From Moniliella sp. 'wahieum' (taxonomy: Eukaryota), in the NCBI GenBank assembly GCA_003971905.1, contig RSEE01000006.1, positions 248,001 through 312,000 on the forward strand: a stretch of DNA of 64,000 nucleotides, written 5' to 3'. Shown one piece after another: positions 24,801 to 36,773 of this stretch (position 1 is its first letter; every line of letters starts with the position of its first letter). The notes under the pieces are model-generated. The model did no database searches and was not told the DNA's origin. It saw nothing but the letters and a program-made list of their open reading frames with translations. The translations under genes were made by a program, and so were the position numbers.

Positions 24801-27291
24801 CTTGATGGCATCTCTCCATTGCGCGCTACTCCGTACTCAGCACCCCACAGTCTGAACGAAGCGAGTGAAGCTAGTGAAGCGAAGAAGCGTCGTCCCACGA
24901 ACCCATCGATCATCGATTCTCGTTCTCCGTTCGGCTCGCCGGACTTTGGTGCGCTGGCGGCGATGTATGTGCCTGGCTTCCGCAGCAACCTAGTGACTAG
25001 ATGCAGGCCAGCAGCGCAGGGCGTGGCAGCGCGCGCTCTCGGCTCAACTTGGCTCAACTGAGCAGCGGATTGGGGTGTACGACACTGCCCCCGTGCGGTT
25101 CGGGACAACCGCCGCCAAAGTGCGGGGTAAGGTGGGGGAAGAGCATTATGCATTTTGGCCGAGAGCACGTGCCCGCACCGGGCAGTGCAGGACAGCGCAG
25201 CAGTGCTGCGGCCCAGGCGCGCGGGGACCCGCTGCGCCCGTTCCCACCCACGCACGCGCGTGTGCTACGAGTGCGTTGCCATTGTTCATTCAATCTCGGA
25301 TGGTGTCTTGCAGTGCTGGTGTACAATGGTATCCAGAGGCTAGAGCGAGAGCAGCAGACCAACCCGCCTCTCGGCTGGCACCGCATCTCTTTTTTTTTTT
25401 TTTTTTTTTTTTTTCTCGGCGCGCCGCATCTGGGTTTTGCACATGCGGTGTATCGCCTTGCCCGTTTGCCACATGTTTTCAGATCCACCTCCAACCACAT
25501 GGGCAGTGGGAAACGGGCGGACGTTGCAAGCCTCTGTGCCCACGTCCGGCCTTTCTCAAACAAGAGAGTGAGAGCCAAGTGGTCCCGCATTGCCGCAGCA
25601 ACTGCCAGCCCTGCCCAGGGACAGATGACCAGCAGCGGCGCCGTTGGACTCTGGTCGCAAGAGATGGCGGCTGTTGGGCGGGGGAATGGTGATCATCACA
25701 TGGCAAACGGTACAGAAGCCCCTGGAGCTACGCACCCACTCGGTACACTTGGGGCAGTAGTCGTAGCTGGCCATAATGAACCAATCACATCATCCGCACA
25801 CAATCAGAAAATGTCAGCCACACGCAGAAAGCCTCTCGCGATTTTTTCGCCCCCCCCCCCCTTCTCTGCCTTCTTCACAGAGCTTCCAGACGGAAGGCGC
25901 AGCCCATACATGCGCAACACCGCCAGAGGGGGGAGAAGAGCCAGGCAATGACAGCAGTACCGAACTTTTTGTAATCGCCCACGCTTTCGGAAGCTCACAC
26001 GTACCCCATGTCAGAGTCGTCTGGCTGAATTCGCGGTGGGATGATGGCCTTGGGGTGGACGATGTGCTGATGGCACCTGCTGCGGCCGCAAAAGGCGTAG
26101 AGTGGGACGGACGGAAGCGGGCCGATGTGGAGAGAGACCAGCGCGAGGGGTGGGCAGAGTGTGGTGCGGGTGCGGACAGTTGGTGGGGAAGAAGTGCAAT
26201 TATATGCGCAACTGGCCGTAGTGAGACCCAGGCGGCCGGGCGGGCGGAGCACATATCTAGCTGTGTTGGGTTACCGGTTACTAGGTTACTAGCATTACTA
26301 GCATTGCAGTGCCCACAAGTCAGACACGCGGACAGTCGGTGGCCTTCGAAGCTTGCTGTTGACGTTGACGCCAGAAAACAAAGGACCCGCTTGCTGTGTC
26401 CTGTGGGGGAGCTATCCGCTCAGGGCGCTCAGGTCCCGGGGTGGGCATGTTGGGTGTGGGGGGGCGTGCAGTGCAGCGCCCGCCCGCTTCCTGTTTCGCA
26501 GAGCCCCGAACATCGCTGGCGCAAAGCCCGGGGGCGTGCGCCTCGCACTGGCCGAGTGTGCGGACTGGAGGAAGAACCGGTACTACTGTAGCCCCTACTA
26601 GTAAGCCCGTATTGCACCAGCCAGCTGAGGCGCGGCCCCCAGTGCTGAGGCGGAGCACTGAGACTGACCACTGGGCTCAGGGGAGGCTCAGCCTCAGCTT
26701 CCGAGCGTGCTCGGCGCCGCTCGCACTCTCCACACAGGGGGCGGACAACCCATTGCAGCCGAAGACACCATCTCTTCCCGCACCTTCCCGTCCGGCCTTC
26801 GCCATTCCTTCACAACCCACCGGGTGGGGCACGCGCCTCCACCCATTGCACTCTCAGCGCCTCCAGTTGCACAGCACGTACCAGTGGCTAGCCGCTGTGC
26901 TAGCCCGGCAGATGACCAGATCATGCAGATCAACCACAGTCTGCTGTCATGTCCACGTTCAACGTTCAACGTCCAACGGTCGCACCATCGGCTCCTCTGC
27001 CGTCTGCATGCATCAAGGATCTCGATCACCTCACCCGTTGCCCCCCTCAGCCTCAGGTCTCTCCCCCGTCAGCTCAATCACCGGTCATCGTTACAGGCAC
27101 CACGGGCCAGCGCTGTATTTTGTCAGGTTGCCCACACTTGGAGTGGCTGCTCTTGGCAGCTGTCTTGCGTTGGTCCGTGGGAACAGGGCCCAGCCAGGCC
27201 CAACTCCATCCATTGTGGTTGGGAACGTGGTGGGCCAAGCCCAAAATTGTTTCAGGTTTACTGCCAATGGTACCCAATGCTGCCTGACTGG

Positions 27292-27562
27292 GTTTTACCA
27301 ACCTATGCTTGCTGTACACACCTGCATGGCCACGTTTCTCTTAAATCATGCGGTAGGCCTAAGGTCTAAAATCGTAGCTGTAATCCCCACCATTTAGCAT
27401 CAACACAATACCGTGGAGGTTATAACCGTTTTACCAACCTATGCTTGCTGTACACACTGCATGGCCACGTTTCTCTTAAATCATGCGGTAGGCCTAAGGT
27501 CTAAAATCGTAGCTGTAATCCCCACCATTTAGCATCAACACAATACCGTGGAGGTTATAACC
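27292..27562. repeat. Tandem duplication of a ~136-bp unit (2 copies)
   Basis: 27292-27427 and 27428-27562 are identical by eye except for one C indel. Confidence 0.95.
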
Positions 27563-27916
27563 TCTTTTGTCAACGTCGGGCGCCAGCCGTAAGCCACTCA
27601 GGGGCAGATTCAAGGACGAAGCTTCAAGCTTCAAGCTACGTCTTGCTTTAACCCTCGGTGTCATCATACTGTCCCCAGTCCCAACACAGGCAGCGGTGAA
27701 GCTTTGGCGGCAAGCATGGGCTTGCACATTCAATTTTGTGGAGGGGACACAAGGCATCTCCGCTGGGTGGGCCGGAAGCGCCCGTGCTCCAAACTGCCGA
27801 GCATGCTAACATGGACACGCAAGAACGGGCCGATGGATCCTGTCACAACGGGGTGAGACGAGGAAAGAGGCGGGCAAACATGACGGGGGCGGAAAGGCAA
27901 TGGGAAAAGGGCACCA

Positions 27917-28420
27917 TTATGAGCGGGGCTTCTCTCTTCTTCTCGCGGAAGAGGGCGTAGAGACCTAGAGGATGGCAGTCAGTACATGTAGATACAGACA
28001 CGGGCAAAATGCCAAAATCAGAAGAGAGGTACATACCCACACCCGATACCTTGATCACGCGGAAACGCACACCGGGGATGTCACCCTTGGCCTTGCCCTT
28101 GCGGCCAAAGCCCTCAATCAGAACCTCGTCGTTCTCGTCCACGAAGTTGAGGCAGCCGTCATGGGCACAAAGGCAGCAACCTTCTTGCCGTTCTTGATGA
28201 GCTGGACACGCACACACTTGCGAATAGCCGAGTTGGGCTGCTTGGCCTCCACACCCACCTTCTCCAGGACAATGCCCTTGGCTTGCGACGAGCCGGCGGT
28301 GGGGGAAGACTTGTAGAAGTTGCCGAGGGCGCGCTTCTTCCACGCCTTGTCGGCCCACTTGTTCTCACGACGGGTCGTATGCAGCTTGCGCGCTGCGTTG
28401 AGGCCACTGGGTTTGCCCAT
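27917..28420 (-). CDS. RPS23: 40S ribosomal protein S23 (uS12); intron 27965-28036
   Basis: [81 protein letters not shown]. Confidence 0.98.
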
Positions 28421-28496
28421 CTTGTTCGAGGTGGTGGGAAAGCTTTGCCCTGCCGCAGGGATTGCCACGCCCACTTGGCCCAGCCCTGGCCACGGC

Positions 28497-28639
28497 AAAA
28501 AACCCTAGCAGCGCAACACGCTGCGGCAGAGAGCCCTCAACCCTATTGTGGCACACTGGCGCCATGCTTCCAACCCATCCATTTGCCCAGCAAGTGCAGC
28601 ATGGCCCCACTTGGGTCCTCGGTTCGGGATGTTAGGGTT
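28497..28639. promoter_or_regulatory. Bidirectional ribosomal-protein-type promoter with two oppositely oriented telobox-like motifs
   Basis: AAAAAACCCTAG at 28497-28508 and TTAGGGTT at 28632-28639, between divergent RPS23 and RPL27-like starts. Confidence 0.5.
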
Positions 28640-28879
28640 GATCGATGATTGATGATCTCGATGATCCCCCAAATTCCTCCCGATCCACCCGCAATTTAGC
28701 TCGGTCGATCAGAGCGCAGGGGCAACCAACACCACAACACTCAGTGTACGTGCCAAGGAACAGGCGCGGTGCTGGCGGGGATGCTGCTGGTGCCTAGCCC
28801 CTCTGTCCCATTCCCTTCTGTGTAGCGCTGTATGGACGAGCAAGACTGATTGGCTGATTCCTGTGCCCGATCCAGGTCC

Positions 28880-29044
28880 ATGGCGCGCATTTACAAATCC
28901 GGTAAGGTCGCCCTTGTCCTCCACGGCCGTCAGGCCGGCAAGAAGGTTGTCGTCATCAAGCAGTACGACGACGGCACCAAAGAGCGCGCTTACCCTCACG
29001 TTCTCGTTGCTGGGATTGAGCGCTACCCACGTAAGGTGACCAAG
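28880..29044 (+). CDS. RPL27: N-terminal 55 codons of 60S ribosomal protein L27 (eL27, KOW motif), fused in frame to the downstream helicase; putative 5'-UTR intron 28746-28875
   Basis: [55 protein letters not shown] matches the eL27 N-terminus. The C-terminal part (KPFIKVVNYNH...) is absent. Confidence 0.9.
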
Positions 29045-32000
29045 GCGCCTCCTGGTATCAATCGTGGGTTTGCGACCACGTCGGTTCCCAAGCAGCTGCA
29101 CAACCCCCGTCCGCTGCGGCTCCGTCCCCATCTGCTCGCCTCAAGGCAAGGACACTGCCGCGCCCGTCTCAAGTGACAAGGACAAGGAAACGGACAAGGA
29201 CGCTCCCTCTTGCCGTGTTTATGGTTTCGATGAAGACGATACTGAGCAAGCTTCTGCAAGACTTGGTGAACCAGTACTGGGACAAAGCCGATAAGGAAAT
29301 TGCCAAGCTGTGGAAGGTGCGTTGGTCTCCCCTGGTTATGCTCTCTTCTCCCAACTGACCGGATTTGAACCTGCCGTACAGACACTGGAGTTTGACCTGC
29401 GTCAGGCCGATACGCTCTTGTCCTTTGACTTCGAGCCCGATCTGCGGGAGGAGCTGCTGGACCTTGTATCGTACTCCTATCGTGTGCCAGAAGCGGAGGA
29501 CAGGACAAGCCTGTTGAGGAGGAAAGGAAACATCTGCTAATGGGAACAATGACAAGCCCAAGCAAGACGGCACTCCGCTTTCAGCTGAAGCTGCCGAATT
29601 CGTTCCTGGTGCTGTCGTATCCACCGAGACTGTGGCTGTTGCTGCAGAGCCGGAGGCTGCAACTGTGCCTTCTCACCCCCCGGCACCCGAGTGGGAACGC
29701 TTCCTCCTCCACCGTTGAAGGATGCAACCCAGCCACTGGACAAGGCTTTGCCCCGTGCGCTTGTCACACGTGGCCTCTTGCTCAAGCTTGGTTACTCTCA
29801 AGAGCAGATCGAAATGGCGCTACGGAACGCACCCCGATTTGAGTTGGAGGACTGCCTGACCTACCTCGCCCTCCGTCTGTCCGAAGCGGAGCTGGAAGCA
29901 GCGACCAAAGCAATGGTAAGCGCCAGTCCAGGTGCTGGTACTGGGGAAGAAGATGAGACCGTGTTGGATCGCAGCATCCCACCCTCCCATCCGGCGTATA
30001 CGTTCCAGCGTACGATCACCAAGGCCAGTGAAGCGAATTTTGTGCCTTCCCCTGCCCCCGCAGTTGAGGGAGAGGGAGCACAAGAGCAGGAAGGAAAAAA
30101 GAAACGGACGATTCAGCCTCCTTCGGACGAGACGATCATCCTTCCGATGTTCCGGGTGAGGGAGCTGCTCAAGCATGCGCTTTCTCTTGCGAATGAGGCT
30201 CAAGCCCACCTCACTGATGAGGAGGGGGAGCTGGATGTAATCACTGCCGGCGCAATCAAAGCCTGGGTGGCAACCAAGATCTGGACCAATAAGGTGGAGG
30301 AGGTGTATGCCCAGATGAAGCGCGCGCTCGGCCAAGCCCACCTGCTCAATCCACAAGGAATTGGGTTCGAGACGGCCAAGGTTGTTCGGCAAGTCCATGG
30401 CAGTCTGTACGCGCGTATCGCCGAGGCGGAGAAGGTACCTCGCTTCAACGCTGCGGCAGCCGAGAGTGTCTTGACTGCCGCGCTGGGGAAGCAGCGTGCC
30501 AGTGACCGCCCTCGTGCCGGGAAGGAGAATTGGGAACAAATCATCGCACTCGCTGAGCAAGAGGCGGCGGAAAAGAAGAAACAGGCAGAGGAAGCGGCGG
30601 CGGCTAAGGCGGTTGCTGAGGCTGCTACGCAACCCCCCCGCTTCTGAGGAGGAGACGTCTTCCTCCTCCCAGGAGGAAGGGACAGCAAATCTAGCCCCGA
30701 TACCGTTGCACCCGCCTCCAAGCCGGAGGAGGATGAGGAGGGACTGGGAAGAATGTTCCAAGATCCCGGGGAAACAAGCAAGGACAGCGAGCCCCAAGCG
30801 ACAGTGACAGTACGCAAGTTGCCCCCCAAAACCAAGAATGGAGGAAACACACCCCAGAGTCTACTGCTACAGACCTTGCGCCGGCTTGATCCCACGGCGA
30901 CCGCAAAGTACGAGACGTTGAATGGACCTGGTCGCTTCTTCCGCAGTAAGTTGACGGTGCAGTGGACGGGCCCCCATGTGGCGTCGGCGCAAGCGGCCCT
31001 TCCAATCTCTCAACGGCGTGCTCCCGACATGGTTTTCATCGACACATTTACCATGACAGGCGAGTGTGCCGAGACCAAGGCACAAGCCCATGACTTGACC
31101 TCTACCCTGGCTCTCAACTGCATTGAACAAGACCGTCCAGTTCAGCGGATGCTCGGCGCAGGCTACCGTGAGTGGTGGGACCAGATTGAGAATTGTCGTT
31201 CGCGGGAGCGGAGCACGGCGGCGCGCCAGACCTTGGCCCGGGTCAAAGACTTGGTTGAACCGCGGTTGGTTGAGGCGCCTGCCCCTCCTCCATACTGCAA
31301 CCCCCCCAAAGCCAAGCCCGCGGCGGATGAGGGACAAACCACGCTTTCCCTTCAATCCAAGCGCCCAAGCGAGCGTACGACGGCACGTTTGCGCGAGGCT
31401 CTCGAGACGCGTCAAGCCTCCCCCGCGTACGAGGCGATGCGACCTGGCCGGGAGCAGTTGCCAATTTATGCGTATCGCGATCACATTCTCGACATTCTTG
31501 ATCACAACCAAGTGTTTGTCTTGTCCGGCGAAACGGGTTGCGGTAAGTCGACGCAAGTGCCTGCGTACATTCTCGAGCACTGCTTGAGCCGCTCCCAGCC
31601 ATGCAAGATTTACTGTACCGAGCCGCGTCGGATTTCGGCCATCTCTTTAGCCGAACGTGTCTCGGCCGAGTTGGGTGAGGCCAAGCATGCTGTGGGTACC
31701 GCAGAGAGTCTGGTAGGATATGCGATCCGTCTGGAGAGCAGTGTCGGGCGGGACGCCCGCTTGATCTACGCCACCAACGGTATTGTTCTCCGGATGCTTG
31801 AAGGTGACGGCTTCAAGGACATTACCCACATCATTATCGATGAGGTTCATGAGCGTTCGATCGAGTCGGATTTCCTCTTGATCATCCTCAAGAGCCTGAT
31901 GGCGGCCAAGCCCGAGCTCAAGGTTGTGCTCATGTCCGCAACGTTGGATGCGGAGCGGATTAGTGCCTACTTTGGTGGTTGTCCTACCCTCTCGGTTCCT

Positions 32001-33959
32001 GGACGCACATTCCCCGTGCAAGTGGAGCACCTCGAGGACGCGGTGGAATTGTGCAAATATGTGGTAGAGCCCAACTCGCAGTACGAGCGGAGGGACGTGA
32101 ACAAGAACGGAATGTCTGCCGCGCAGAAGAAGAGCAACCTGGCCAAACTGAAGCGCAGCAAGGATCTTGATGAAGACGTGGACGATGGAGAAGGAGACGG
32201 GGAAGAAGAGGAAGATGCAGCGGCACTGGCCTCCAGCTCAGGTTCGGGAGAAGGCCGCGTCTACTCGCCAAAGACGATTGAGATGATTGATCGGATGAAC
32301 CAGAATGTGGTCAACCACGAGCTGATCGTCAAGCTTCTGGAGCAGATCTGCTTTGATACGCCCGAGTACCAGCGGTTCAGCAAGGCCATCCTCGTTTTTA
32401 TGCCGGGGTTGGCCGACATTCGTGCCCTGCACGACGTGTTGATCGGGCATCCTCGCTTTGACCGCGGCTTCCGCATTTACCCGCTCCATTCGTCGCTCAG
32501 TAGTGACAGCCAGCAACAAGTGTTTGAAGTTCCGCCCGAAGGAACGCGCAAGATCGTCATCTCGACCAACATTGCTGAAACGGGTGTGACGATCCCGGAC
32601 GTGACGTGCGTTATTGACTCGGGGCGGCATCGGGAGATGCGGTTCGATGAGAAGCGCCAGATTTCGCGGTTGGTCGACTGCTTCATTGCCAAGTCGAACG
32701 CCAAGCAGCGCCGTGGCCGTGCGGGCCGTGTGCAGGAAGGGTTGTGCTTCCACCTATTTACCAAATTCCGTTATGAGCACCACATGGAGGAACACCCACT
32801 TCCCGAGATGCTACGCTTGTCGCTTCAAGATCTGGCACTCAAACTCAAGGTCATGAAATCAAGATTGGCACGTCGATTGAGAATGCCTTGTCGCAAGCGC
32901 TCGATCCCCCAACGGCTGTGAATGTGCAACGGGCTGTTGCCGCGCTGGTCGAAGTCAAAGCACTCACCACAACAGAGGAGATCACTCCGCTCGGCCGGCA
33001 CCTGAGCAAGCTTCCGCTCGACGTGCACATGGGCAAGTTCCTGCTTGTCGCCACGTCGATGCGATGCTTGGATGCGGCCCTGACCATCACAGCGGCGCTC
33101 AACGCCAAGTCGCCCTTTGTGGCGCCGCTGGGGAAGGAGAACCGTGCGGATGCGGCCAAGCAGGGCTTCAAAATTGCCGACTCGGACCTGTTGACGGTGG
33201 CGAATGCGTTTAACAGTTGGAAACGTGCGGTGGGGAACCACGTGGGTCGGCAATTCTGCCAAAAGAATTTCCTTTCGCCTCAAACGCTGGGCGAAATGGA
33301 AGAGCTACGGCAACAGTACTTGCTGTACCTGATCGACGCTGGATTCGTCTCGGTCCCGGGCGGCGCACGGAAAGAGCTGGCGCGAGTCCGGGTGCGCGGG
33401 TGGGGTCGGCCGCGGTTTACGGCGGTGCCAGCGGCATACAACGAGTATGGCTCCAGCGCCAGTATCATCCATGCGGCTGCGGCAGCAGGGCTGTACCCTA
33501 AGGTGGTGGCGCTCGAGAGAGCACGAATGCGATGCGCACGATTGGCAGCCAGCAACCGATCGCAATCCACCCAGCGTGAATGCACGCCGGCGGCTGGGGG
33601 ACGAGTTGCCGTCGAGCGTGCATCACTTGCTGTACTTTACGCTGCTGCGCAGCCGGCGCTTGTATGCGTGCGAGACGGCGCCGCTGGACGACCGGGCGCT
33701 GTTGCTGATGTGCGGGGAAGGGGAGCCACGGCTGGGGGCGCTGACGCTGGTGCTGGACAAGAAGGTGCGGGTGCGACTGGGCAGCCTGCGGTCGTTGGTG
33801 CTGCTCCTGGCGCTGCGCGAGCAGCTGGGACGCTTGCTCCGCAACTCGTTCCGCAATCCAGGCCAGGCCTGGAGTCCCCGCCAAGAATGGTTCTTTGCCG
33901 CTGCCATTCGCCTCCTCGGCATGGGCACCCCCGGCGACGCTCAGTTGCGTCCGGCATGA
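29045..33959 (+). CDS. DHX29/DHX57-like DExH-box RNA helicase (UBA-like, dsRBD-like, DEXH, HELICc, HA2, OB); intron 29317-29381; frameshifted
   Basis: N-terminal [26 protein letters not shown] (UBA-like), [62 protein letters not shown]. Confidence 0.93.
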
Positions 33960-34234
33960 GTGCTGGTGGGAGCGGCATGACGATCATACATACAGGCAGA
34001 GAGGTCACATCTTCACACTCCTCTCTCCCCCCATTCAAGTCTCGAATGCATTTTATCGCTTGCCAGTCTATGCACACAACATGGTGCTTTCCGTAGCCAG
34101 TTCCCTCCTCATTAACTTTCACTGGTTGAGGGGACGTACTATTCACGCACGATATATACATTTCCGGTACTTCTTGTAGACATATACTTGCTTTCGCTCA
34201 ACCCGACGTCGCCAGAGACTGTGGCTTCTGGTCT

Positions 34235-35846
34235 TCAAAATGTAATCTGGATCGATCCTAAGTCAGAGTGCAAGCGCGTCTGGGACGGCACCTTCTCGAT
34301 CTCACAGCGGGATGGCAACGAAGTGGTGTCGAGCCGAGGAGCCTCCGCTTGGAACTGGGCATCATCATGAGAAACAGTAAAGACACAGCCTTCGTATTTC
34401 TCACCCAACAATGACTTCTGATGGTTCCAAGCCCAATCACGCGAAGAGTTCGCTTTCTCCCAGGCCACATGTACGCTGCCAGTGTCCGAGGTGGCATTGA
34501 CGGTACCGGCAAACGAGGGAGGGTACACTGTATACACCGATCCCGTTTCGCTCTCCAAAGTGGAAATGACGTGCTCAGCAGGGGTCGTCTTCACATCGTC
34601 CTCCGATTCTTCGTACTCGTCCGTAAAGGCGGCCTTAACCCACCCGAGATTCGAGGTAAGAGAAACTGTGGCCTCGTCTTTGCTTTTCGGGAACAGAACG
34701 GGGGTGAGACCCGCGACAGAGACAGTGCCCGTGTTGCTGTGAAGCGTAAGATGCTGGACCACAGCGGCCCTGGTAATCTTTACTGATCCCACATCCGCCT
34801 TCAGTTCCACCTTCGGCGCATGAATCTTGTCCACTGTCACAGTGCCGCTTTGTGACTGGAACAGGGCATAGGCCGCCGCACTCACCTGCCCAAACTCGAT
34901 CGTGCCCACGTCCGACTTGGCCACGAGAGTTTCGGTCTTGACCGCTCCGGGTGCCTGGATCGAGCCAGTACTAGACCAGAGCTGCAGGAGCTTCGTAATG
35001 GGAACAACCTAGAAGCAAAAGTACCATACAAGGTCAGTGGGTTGCACTCCTGCACTTATATCCGTCTCTGACAGGTTGTGAACGTACCCCCAACAATTGG
35101 ATGTTGCCGACCTTGACATTGACGTCCATTGCACCCACATCCAATGCCACATCCTCCGCAGTGAAGCTGGCCGCATCACCACGAACGTCGATCCGCTTAA
35201 GGGCGCCCCGCTCCGCGTCGTTTGCTTGAGGTAACTGGGCCGTGAGATCGACGTGGATGTTGTGGTAGGACGAGTGGAAAGGGTGATGGTTGGAATAGAC
35301 ACCGACGCCATGGGTACCCTTGGACGAATTGAGGGCAACGATGGTCAACTCATTCTCCAGCACCCACGCCTCGTCTGCCCACGCCTCGACGTGTACGGCG
35401 ACCGATCCGTTACTGCCCTCACCGAGAAGAGAAAAGGAAGTGAAATGGCGTGCACCAAAGCTGTGGAAAAAGAGCTGGTCGGGCGCGTCAAACGTCAAGT
35501 CGGCCGTACGCACATAACGGCGTTTCAGCCCGTCTCCCACGCGACCGTGGCGCGGCCGACGCACGTCGCTCCACTGCGCGGTGGCAAGGATGGCACCCTC
35601 GTCGGTCGGCACCGCAGGCGGCTTGCTCCGGGGAACATCGTGCCCGCTGTGCGAGCCACCAAACCAGTGGCCGGACCAGGCGAGATAAAACGTAACCAGC
35701 ATGGCCAGGCCCACAGCGTAGCCCAAGATCCGTCCCAGAGAGCGCCGCTTGGCAAGGTTCCGCGTACTCCCCATCCAGCGCGGCATGGGGTGGGCGGAGG
35801 CCGCGGGCACCGGCTGAGGAAGCAGGCTGGTTTGCTCTGTGCTCAT
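34235..35846 (-). CDS. Type II membrane protein with DUF4097/adhesin-like beta-solenoid; intron 35009-35087
   Basis: MSTEQTSLLP, TM segment ILGYAVGLAMLVTFYLAW, repeated S(D/N/S/E)xGxI/V turns (SSTGSI, SDVGTI, SNTGTV, SETGSV, SDTGSV, SDLGSI). Confidence 0.75.
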
Positions 35847-36402
35847 TGGGGATGCTTGCAGCTCAAAGGCGTGATGGGCAAGCGGGGGGATCGAGTAGAG
35901 GGGGGAAGCTGCGTATATATAACCACGAGGGTGACGGACGCTGTGCCCGAGGATATAATGGTGACTACTGAACGATCGACTGCGAAGCAACCCTCGCAGC
36001 TGCGGACCGCCCAGGTTGTCGCGCCCTGGCCCAGGGGCAGTGTGGGCAGCGCACGGGCCGGCATCTGATATTTTTTTGGCGTCCGGGGCCTCCCCTGATC
36101 TCGGCTGCCTTCGCCATCGCATCCACGGCGGCCGAATTCTTGGTCTTCAGCGGAGGCAGTGGTCCCACCATTCATGCGCCTGGGATTCGTGCCACTTTCC
36201 CCACCCCGGAGCTCGTGCCGGAGAGCCAAGCGACGGCGCGAAGCGGAAACCACGGCACGCCCTCCGATGACAAGGAGGAGGCTCTGTGCACGTGAACTTA
36301 CGTAACCACTGCGTTCCGCTTGCTCGCACGCGCTGCCCGTTGGTCGTGTTGATGGACGTGGCCAGTACAATCCACCTCCACCACGACGCAGCGGGCGGGA
36401 GG

Positions 36403-36773
36403 ATGAAGGTGGATGTGACGGCGTGGCGCCGGTGGGGTACTGGGTATGGGACGTGAAGGATCCGGACGAAGTGTGCGGCATCTGTCAGAACAACTTTGAT
36501 GGCACTTGTGCCACTTGTCGCGTCCCGGGCGTCGACTGCCCCGTTTCGGTGGGGGTGTGTTCCCACGTGTTCCACACCCACTGCATCCAAACCTGGCTTC
36601 ACTCCAATGCGTTCTGCCCCATGTGCAAACGGTCTTGGCGTACGTCGGTTGCTGCCCCCTCCACTCCCCTCTTTTCCTCTCGTAGTATGCACCGCGCAGA
36701 GATTGACGTTAACTTGCCTCTGGCAGAGGATGACCCGGCTGCCACCCCCGGAGGGGCAGATATGCAACAGTAG
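36403..36773 (+). CDS. APC11: Anaphase-promoting complex subunit 11 (RING-H2); intron 36640-36726
   Basis: MKVDVTAW..WVWDVKDPDEVCGICQNNFDGTCATCRVPGVDCPVSVGVCSHVFHTHCIQTWL...CPMCKRSW. One frameshift near 36430. Confidence 0.92.

Noticed and set aside
21950..27290. Many 60-330 aa ORFs in the gene-poor interval
   Set aside because: No recognisable domains or consistent coding pattern. Such ORFs are expected by chance in GC-rich DNA.
27292..27562. 136-bp repeat as SRP/Alu-like RNA (GCTGTAATCCC) or LTR pair
   Set aside because: The match is only a short motif, there is no SRP helix-8 signature, and there are no TG...CA ends or internal domain.
14000..27900. An autonomous transposon responsible for the scars
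   Set aside because: I could not recognise any transposase, reverse transcriptase or terminal inverted repeat pair in this window, so the agent, if real, is encoded elsewhere.
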